A stretch of 48,901 nucleotides of DNA, from the IMG/VR virus record IMGVR_UViG_3300045988_155985, one strand, 5' to 3'. Positions within the stretch are counted from its first letter, which is position 1, and every line of letters begins with the position of its first letter. The DNA comes from a virus (lineage: Duplodnaviria > Heunggongvirae > Uroviricota > Caudoviricetes). Positions 43,263 to 48,901 of this stretch are shown piece after piece. The notes under the pieces were generated by a model. That model did not search any database and was not told the DNA's origin. It saw only the letters and a list, made by a program, of their open reading frames with translations. The position numbers and the translations under genes are program-made.

Positions 43263-43957
43263 AAGAACGTGGTGTTGTTTTTAATGACGATATGGTTAGG
43301 GCCATCCTCGAAGGAAGGAAGACGCAGACTCGCCGACCTGTAAAAAATGTCAGGGCCGATAACTGCCTGGTTATCCGTAAACCGACAAAGAAACGCAATG
43401 GTGTCTATACCCACGTTATGGATGCACCGGAACATGGTTTATGCCCGTTCGGTAACGTTGGTGATCGCATATGGGTCCGTGAAGCGTGGGCGATATTAGG
43501 CAATGAGGATGGTTGCAGTGTGGACTGGAACGACAACCTTTGTCATGGCGATGAGAAGAACGCAGCAAGGATTTATCGGGCCAGTTGCGAGCAAAAGCCT
43601 GGTGATTACGGCCTGTGGTCGATCCCCGATGATGCCGACTGGAAACCTCACACTGTGAATGAAAAGTTTGATGGCGGGTGGTGTCCATCAATTCACATGC
43701 CGCGCTGGGCTTCGCGTATTTTGCTGGAAATTACCGACGTGCGTGTGGAACGGCTGCATGACATGAGCGAGGCAGATGCTAAAGCGGAAGGCGCATCTCC
43801 GGCGACGTACAAGATTACACCGCCGGAAGCTGTTTATCGCGTTGGCTTTGGTGATATCTGGCGCGGTATTTACGGGCAAGAGAACTGGCTATCTAACCCG
43901 TGGGTATGGGTAATTGAGTTTAAGCGTATTCAGGAGGCAACCAGTGAGCAAGATTGA
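43259..43957 (+). CDS. hypothetical protein, possibly ASCH-like
   Basis: N-terminal MVRAILEGRKTQTRRP and GDRIWVREAW segments; low-confidence recall. Confidence 0.4.
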   Translation: MKERGVVFNDDMVRAILEGRKTQTRRPVKNVRADNCLVIRKPTKKRNGVYTHVMDAPEHGLCPFGNVGDRIWVREAWAILGNEDGCSVDWNDNLCHGDEKNAARIYRASCEQKPGDYGLWSIPDDADWKPHTVNEKFDGGWCPSIHMPRWASRILLEITDVRVERLHDMSEADAKAEGASPATYKITPPEAVYRVGFGDIWRGIYGQENWLSNPWVWVIEFKRIQEATSEQD

Positions 43958-44372
43958 CTATCAGGTACTGCGTGAGGCAGCAGTAGCAATTGAAACAGTA
44001 GCAACGCCTCAAAAATTGCTGGCATTTCGTATGAAAGTCACACCTCAGGTTGTGCTGGCACTACTGGATGAACGGGAAGCAGACAAAAAGCGCATTGCAG
44101 AACTGGAAGCTCGGGAAATAAAACCAGCCAAAGGTGAAGTTCTTGTCGTTGTTTCTGGTTTTACTGGTTGCGGAAAAAGCGCCATTGCCGGGGAAATAGA
44201 AATCGCGATGAAGGCTATTGGTGTACCGGTTCAGTGGACTAATGGCGATGCGGAAAAGCGCATGACAGGAGCTGACTGGCTGACAGAGATTGAGATGTAC
44301 AAACCAACAGTGCGCATCGTGGAAGTTAATGTGCCACGCGCCGCTGGCATTCGCATCAAAGGAGGTGAGTAA
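43944..44372 (+). CDS. hypothetical protein, about 142 aa
   Basis: GTG 43944 after CAGGAGG (track start 43914 is TTG). Confidence 0.4.
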   Translation: MSKIDYQVLREAAVAIETVATPQKLLAFRMKVTPQVVLALLDEREADKKRIAELEAREIKPAKGEVLVVVSGFTGCGKSAIAGEIEIAMKAIGVPVQWTNGDAEKRMTGADWLTEIEMYKPTVRIVEVNVPRAAGIRIKGGE

Positions 44373-44548
44373 TGCGTGTGGCATGTATCGGCTTGTTACC
44401 GTACCCGACTCGTTTTTGGGCTTCTGCGCTAATTGCAAAGCCACATGTCCTGATGGCTGACAACATCATCCCGGCACCAAAGCGCCGCCATACCGGTATT
44501 GCATCGGCACGACGAGCAGCAAAGAGACGCAGGAGAGCAAAACGATGA
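44372..44548 (+). CDS. small protein with very basic C-terminus, 58 aa, not in the ORF track
   Basis: ATG after AAGGAGGTGA; C-terminus RRAAKRRRRAKR; coupled to flanking genes. Confidence 0.35.
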   Translation: MRVACIGLLPYPTRFWASALIAKPHVLMADNIIPAPKRRHTGIASARRAAKRRRRAKR

Positions 44549-44733
44549 AAAACCGTAAAGCAAAGATTCTGTTAGTTCGTAGAAACGCTCCTGGCGTCTG
44601 GCAGTGGGTGAGACTCAGCAACCGACGGATGGGGTTAATGAAACATTACGGGATGATGGATTGTGGTTTTTGCAAAAAGCCCAGCGCGGCGCAAAACCGC
44701 TGGAAAAACCATTTGCGCACTAAAGGAGAGTGA
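44545..44733 (+). CDS. hypothetical protein, 62 aa
   Basis: ORF track; ATGA overlap. Confidence 0.35.
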   Translation: MKNRKAKILLVRRNAPGVWQWVRLSNRRMGLMKHYGMMDCGFCKKPSAAQNRWKNHLRTKGE

Positions 44734-44734
44734 T

Positions 44735-45250
44735 ATGGCGTTAACACACCGCGAACTCTGTCAGATTGCGTACAAGTTCCTTAAGCGCAACGGGTTCAAG
44801 GTTTGTTTTCATGACCGCTTTATAGCTGTAACCAGTACCGGAGAACAGCCAGATGCTATGGGATTCAGAAATTCAGCATCATGCCTGATAGAGGCGAAGT
44901 GTTCTCGTGCTGATTTGTTGGCAGATAGAAAAAAGCGTTTCCGTAAAAATCCCTCACTTGGCATGGGCGACTGGCGATTCTTTATTAGTGAGCCGGGAAT
45001 TATTTCAATTGAGGATTTACCACCTGGCTGGGGATTACTTCACGTTGTTAACGGAAGAGTACGGAAAGTACATGGGTGGCCCAAGGGTAATTGCTGTTGG
45101 GGTAATCCTGACGATAAGCCATTTACTGGAAATAAGCAGGTTGAATGCGATTACATGTTATCTGCATTAAGGCGCATGGAGTTGAGAGGGCACCTTAATG
45201 AAATATATGACGGTGTAATCCTTAATAAGCAAGAAGGAAACGCGGCATGA
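44735..45250 (+). CDS. putative PD-(D/E)xK-type nuclease
   Basis: ATG 44735 after AAAGGAGAG; candidate motif PDAMG ... IEAKCS. Confidence 0.4.
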   Translation: MALTHRELCQIAYKFLKRNGFKVCFHDRFIAVTSTGEQPDAMGFRNSASCLIEAKCSRADLLADRKKRFRKNPSLGMGDWRFFISEPGIISIEDLPPGWGLLHVVNGRVRKVHGWPKGNCCWGNPDDKPFTGNKQVECDYMLSALRRMELRGHLNEIYDGVILNKQEGNAA

Positions 45251-45651
45251 CCACTGTAACCGACAAAGAACTGATTAAAGAAATCAAAGAGCGCATAGGC
45301 AGCCTGGACGTGAGAGACAATATTGAGCGCCGTGCTTATGAAATTGCTCTGGCGTCGCTGGAAGCAGAGCCAGTGCTTTATATGAACCGATTTACCGGAA
45401 AGACATTCTCACTGGAAGGGCAACCAGGAGCAGATAAGGAGCCGGAAATATACGTGCCGCTATACACTGCTCCGCCAGCGCCGGTAGTGCCTGATGATGG
45501 TCGCGAACAGTTCGAAGCACTTGTCAGGTTTCATGCGGATGATAAAAACCATGAAACATTATTGCTTCGTGCTAACGAAGGGATGAATTACCAGGACCCG
45601 AATGTTGATCTGGCGTGGATATTCTGGAAGTCCAGTCGTGAACATATATAA
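45247..45651 (+). CDS. hypothetical protein, 134 aa
   Basis: ORF track; ATGA overlap. Confidence 0.45.
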   Translation: MTTVTDKELIKEIKERIGSLDVRDNIERRAYEIALASLEAEPVLYMNRFTGKTFSLEGQPGADKEPEIYVPLYTAPPAPVVPDDGREQFEALVRFHADDKNHETLLLRANEGMNYQDPNVDLAWIFWKSSREHI

Positions 45652-45993
45652 GCTGTAGTGAGAAGCCATGCGATTACGAGCAGTATTCAGATATTCAGAG
45701 CGGGTAATGAAGCACATACAACCGAAAACATGGCAGAAACTGGACTCTATGGGAGCTAAGTTGGAGAAGATTACTCAACTTAAGCAGTGGCATATCGGCG
45801 AATATTATGGAAGTCCTGGTCGGGATGTTCGGTTGGTAAAAAGTTGAACATTGATTTTTTATTGATCGATTAACCACGATGTGAAGGTTTTTTTATGGGA
45901 AAACCTTGTTTTAGGTGGTAACTGGGTGTAGTGTTTCATTTAACGTAGTAAAACTGCGTTAAGCGATTACCGCGTAATTTGTTGCTTTATGAA

Positions 45994-46024
45994 GCCCTGC
46001 CTTTTTCGGCGGGGCTTTTTTTTT
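45994..46024 (+). terminator. rho-independent terminator immediately upstream of the lysis genes
   Basis: 8-bp stem GCCCTGCC-TTTTTC-GGCGGGGC followed by T9. Confidence 0.6.
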
Positions 46025-46037
46025 AACGAGGATTTCA

Positions 46038-46433
46038 ATGTCAGCAGAACCAATTTCCGGTACGGCCGTTGCTGCTGGTGGCCTGATGGGTGCCAGCGTT
46101 TTTGGTATTGCAACTGGTATTGATTACGGCGTTGTATTCGGGGCATTTGCTGGCGCTGTTTTCTATGTTGCTACAGCGGTGAATATTAGCCGTCTCAAGC
46201 TGATTGGCTATTTCTTTACATCGTTCATTGTTGGAGTGATTGGAGCGCCGTTAGTTGGCTCATTTCTTGCCAAATGGACCAGCTACAACGATCGTCCTCT
46301 TGATGCACTTGGTGCGGTTATTGTGGCTGCATTGACAATTAAAATCCTCACGTTCGTAAACAGCCAGGATCTCGGTAGCATCTTTGGAATGCTTTCCCGC
46401 TTACGTGGAGGGGGTTCAAATGGTAAGCAGTGA
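46038..46433 (+). CDS. holin-like membrane protein
   Basis: 131 aa with several hydrophobic helices; first gene of the lysis cassette. Confidence 0.6.
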   Translation: MSAEPISGTAVAAGGLMGASVFGIATGIDYGVVFGAFAGAVFYVATAVNISRLKLIGYFFTSFIVGVIGAPLVGSFLAKWTSYNDRPLDALGAVIVAALTIKILTFVNSQDLGSIFGMLSRLRGGGSNGKQ

Positions 46434-46716
46434 CCCGTCAGCACTGATTAATGCGGTGCTTTGCACAGTAATAGTAATGGCGCTGATGCTTTATCGACGG
46501 AAAGACTCCAGGCATCGTCCATTTGTTTCCTTTCTGGCTTATATCTACGTCATTGTATACGCCAATGTTCCCTTCCGTTATGTGTTCGGTCTTTATCAAG
46601 AATCCCACTGGCTGGTGGTTATTGGAAATCTGATTATCTGCATCGTTGTTCTGTATTTCAGGGGCAATCTGGCGCGGATAGTTGACGCATTAGGGTTTAA
46701 TCATGACCAAAGATGA
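46420..46716 (+). CDS. second membrane protein of the lysis cassette
   Basis: Three hydrophobic helices; ATG 46420 after GGAGGGGG overlaps holin 3' end (track start 46384 is TTG). Confidence 0.45.
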   Translation: MVSSDPSALINAVLCTVIVMALMLYRRKDSRHRPFVSFLAYIYVIVYANVPFRYVFGLYQESHWLVVIGNLIICIVVLYFRGNLARIVDALGFNHDQR

Positions 46717-47245
46717 GATTTTTAACAGCGTTCTTGGAAAAGAGGGCGGCTATGTGGATCACCCTGACGACAAGGGAGGCCCAACAAAGTGGGGCATTAC
46801 TCAGAACACTGCCCGTGCTCATGGATATCGTGGCGATATGCGCGATTTAACCCGCGAACAGGCACTGGAAATCCTTGAGGCTGATTACTGGTACGGACCA
46901 CGCTTTGATCAGGTGGCCGCATTATCCTCTGATATTGCCGCAGAGCTGTGTGACACGGGGGTGAACATGGGGCCAACAGTGGCGTCAAAAATGCTTCAAC
47001 GCTGGCTGAATGTGTTCAACCTGCGCGGGAAGCTGTATCCCGATTTGGATGCAGACGGACGAATCGGTCCACGTACCATTAATGCGCTACGTGCTTATCT
47101 TGGGAATCGGGGAAAAGACGGCGAACGGGTGATGCTGACGTCGCTGAACTGTACGCAGGGCGAACGCTATCTGGAGCTGGCGGAGAAGCGCGAGGCTAAT
47201 GAGTCGTTTGTCTACGGCTGGATGAAAGAGCGAGTGGTGGTATGA
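46703..47245 (+). CDS. endolysin, GH108-like N-terminal domain with peptidoglycan-binding C-terminal domain
   Basis: N-terminal GKEGGYVDHPDDKGGPTKWGIT resembles GH108 signature. Confidence 0.75.
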   Translation: MTKDEIFNSVLGKEGGYVDHPDDKGGPTKWGITQNTARAHGYRGDMRDLTREQALEILEADYWYGPRFDQVAALSSDIAAELCDTGVNMGPTVASKMLQRWLNVFNLRGKLYPDLDADGRIGPRTINALRAYLGNRGKDGERVMLTSLNCTQGERYLELAEKREANESFVYGWMKERVVV

Positions 47246-47520
47246 CTGGTTTGAAAGCCGTTTTGTCATTTATCGGCACCGTTATATTGGTTGCATTCGG
47301 TGCGTTTGGTTTTGGTCGTATGAAGGGGCGAGAAAAGGCCGAAGATGAAGCTGAAAAGCAGCGCATTAATGAGAATGCAGCCGCTGTAAAAGCCACTGCG
47401 GAGCGGCGTATAGAAGTGACAAAAGAGGTGGGGAATGTACAGCAGAGTGTTAACCATATGGCTGATGACGATGTTGATCGCGAGCTGCGGGAGTCGTGGA
47501 AGCGTCCCGGTGGTGGTTGA
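47242..47520 (+). CDS. i-spanin (Rz-like)
   Basis: N-terminal TM helix then charged helical region; overlaps endolysin stop. Confidence 0.55.
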   Translation: MTGLKAVLSFIGTVILVAFGAFGFGRMKGREKAEDEAEKQRINENAAAVKATAERRIEVTKEVGNVQQSVNHMADDDVDRELRESWKRPGGG

Positions 47521-47644
47521 TACCGCCTGTGATTGGGTAAAGCCCATCTACCTGACTGATCACGACATCGATGTTATGGACCGCCAGACAAAGAAAGATA
47601 TTCTGGCTCATAACAGGGCATGGGAAATCAACTGCCCAAAGTAA
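47435..47644 (+). CDS. o-spanin (Rz1-like lipoprotein), overlapping the i-spanin in another frame
   Basis: Lipobox-like LIASC with Cys at residue 18; starts inside 47242-47520. Confidence 0.6.
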   Translation: MYSRVLTIWLMTMLIASCGSRGSVPVVVDTACDWVKPIYLTDHDIDVMDRQTKKDILAHNRAWEINCPK

Positions 47645-47813
47645 TATATATTTCTGTAATTATATAAATATATAGTTACAACATTCTATGCGCTTTTCTC
47701 ATGAGCGCACGCATCAACCATGTTTGTCTGATATGCCGCCGCGCCCAAAAATCCTGAATTTATTGGCTGGGATTTTCGTGCGCGGCGCCACACCAGACAA
47801 ACAGATCAAATAT

Positions 47814-47889
47814 GGCCCCTTAGCTCAGTGGTTAGAGCAGGCGACTCATAATCGCACGGTCATCGGTTCAAATCCGGTAGGGGCCACCA
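47814..47889 (+). tRNA. tRNA with CAU anticodon (Met or lysidine-dependent Ile2; resembles ileX-type)
   Basis: Perfect 7-bp acceptor stem GGCCCCT/AGGGGCC; D-arm GCTC/GAGC; anticodon loop CTCATAA; T-arm with TTCAAAT; encoded 3' CCA. Confidence 0.85.
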
Positions 47890-48102
47890 ATTCACTCTCA
47901 CACATAAAGATGAGCACGAAGGAAGTAACTCCACCGCGCTTATCTTTATGCGTGCCTGGTGCGCATTTCGGGCGAACGTGGGGCTAAGTTACAGGCAGGG
48001 CCTGTTATCCGCAAAGGGGTAAAAGCTGGAGCGGCACGGAACTGTAGCCGTGTTACCAAAACAGCGTTGTCGGGCGATATCCGGCACACAACAGGCAAGG
48101 GC

Positions 48103-48135
48103 ATTAATCAGTCTGGTTAGTGCCCTTTTCGTTGT
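48103..48135 (+). terminator. hairpin/terminator downstream of the tRNA
   Basis: GGGCATTAATCAGTCTGGTTAGTGCCC followed by TTTTCGTT. Confidence 0.4.
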
Positions 48136-48197
48136 GTTTGCTGTAGAGCTGGCCAGCGTTATGACTGCCGGAGATAAGCGCCGGAGACACAACTAAC

Positions 48198-48785
48198 ATG
48201 GAGGCAATTGCATTGTTTAATCTGATTTATGCAGATCCCCCCTGGGAATACAAAGACAAGTGTAAGGATGGGAATCGTGGCGCTGGTTTTAAGTATCCAA
48301 CGATGAAAGCTGAGGATATTGCTCGTATTCCTGTCTGGCAGCTTGCTAATCCTGAATCGTGTTTGTTGGCCATGTGGTGGGTTCCGACTCAGCCAGAAGA
48401 AGCGTTGCTGGTGGTGAAAGCATGGGGATTCAGGCTGATGACCATGAAGGGCTTCACATGGAACAAATGTGGTAGCCGACAGCCAGACAAGCTGGTGATG
48501 GGGATGGGGCATATGACTCGTGCAAACAGTGAAGATTGCTTGTTTGCGGTAAAAGGCAAACTGCCGACCCGCCTTGATGCGGGGATTATTCAGTCGTTTA
48601 CATCGCCTCGTCTGGAGCATTCTCGGAAGCCTGATGTGGTCCGTGACAAGCTGGTAAAGCTGTTAGGCGATGTTCCTCGTATTGAGCTGTTTGCTCGCGG
48701 TGATTTACCTGATGGCTGGCATGGCTGGGGCAACCAGTGCAACGGAGGTATCCAGTTGCATGATGCTCTCTGGCAAATGTCATAG
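48198..48785 (+). CDS. DNA N6-adenine methyltransferase, MT-A70 family
   Basis: LIYADPPWEY (DPPW motif); 195 aa. Confidence 0.75.
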   Translation: MEAIALFNLIYADPPWEYKDKCKDGNRGAGFKYPTMKAEDIARIPVWQLANPESCLLAMWWVPTQPEEALLVVKAWGFRLMTMKGFTWNKCGSRQPDKLVMGMGHMTRANSEDCLFAVKGKLPTRLDAGIIQSFTSPRLEHSRKPDVVRDKLVKLLGDVPRIELFARGDLPDGWHGWGNQCNGGIQLHDALWQMS

Positions 48786-48901
48786 AATTATATAATTATA
48801 GATTTATATAAAAAATGCTTTACAGGTGGGAAAAAATTTCCTAAGGTTATACCCGAAACCGAGCGATACCCGCCCTGGTTAAACCGGAGATAACCCGATG
48901 A
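48786..48901 (+). promoter_or_regulatory. promoter-operator-leader cassette, copy D (same physical copy as window start on the circle)
   Basis: AT-rich repeat 48786-48815; TTTACA 48819-48824; spacer with GGAAA-AAA-TTTCC; TAAGGT 48842-48847; leader continues as 1-55. Confidence 0.5.

Noticed and set aside
45695-45877. Minus-strand 60-aa ORF in the leader upstream of the lysis genes
   Set aside because: Lies in an AT-rich non-coding leader ending at a terminator; no RBS and implausible composition.
45873-45887. Additional repressor operator (ACCACGATGTGAAGG) upstream of the lysis genes
   Set aside because: Only the left half-site matches; the right half (GAAGG) does not fit GTGGT, so it is not called.
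1-48901. CRISPR array or integrase/attachment site
   Set aside because: The repeated cassettes are about 110 bp, kilobases apart and sit before protein-coding genes; no short regularly spaced repeats exist. No tyrosine or large serine integrase was seen; the only recombinase is the small Hin/Gin-type invertase, so the tRNA is not read as an att site.

Overview
The window reads as one complete, circularly closed temperate phage genome of the phage-plasmid type. The last 55 bp (48847-48901) are identical to the first 55 bp (1-55), so the unique circle is about 48,846 bp. All calls are from reading the sequence and ORF track; no database search was run, so family names are recalled similarities. 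Content: (1) a lambda-like packaging/head module at 5.1-12.5 kb (ParB-like protein, Nu1-like TerS, gpA-like TerL, gpW-like, portal, prohead protease, gpE-like capsid); (2) a P2/Mu-like contractile tail at 13.9-28.5 kb with a -1 frameshifted chaperone, tape measure, baseplate and a Gin/Cin-type invertible tail-fibre segment bounded by perfect 24-bp inverted repeats; (3) a plasmid maintenance block at 28.6-37.5 kb (IncFII-type RepA with structured leader and DnaA box, HigBA-like toxin-antitoxin, ParA/ParG-like partition genes); (4) immunity and early genes at 33.9-41.1 kb (antirepressor module with candidate antisense RNA, LexA-like cI repressor with ACCAC-N5-GTGGT operators, cro-like, Ref-like HNH, DUF1064, Q-like); (5) an accessory operon, lysis cassette, a CAU-anticodon tRNA and an MT-A70 methyltransferase at 41.3-48.8 kb; (6) an accessory block at 0-4.6 kb with an acidic protein, small membrane peptides, two paralogous ParB/Srx proteins and a ParB-methyltransferase fusion. 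No integrase, rRNA or CRISPR array was seen. The strongest candidate for something undescribed is a ~110-bp promoter-operator-leader cassette present three times on the circle, each with an AT-rich TATAATTATA-type repeat that also recurs around the parA/parG genes.
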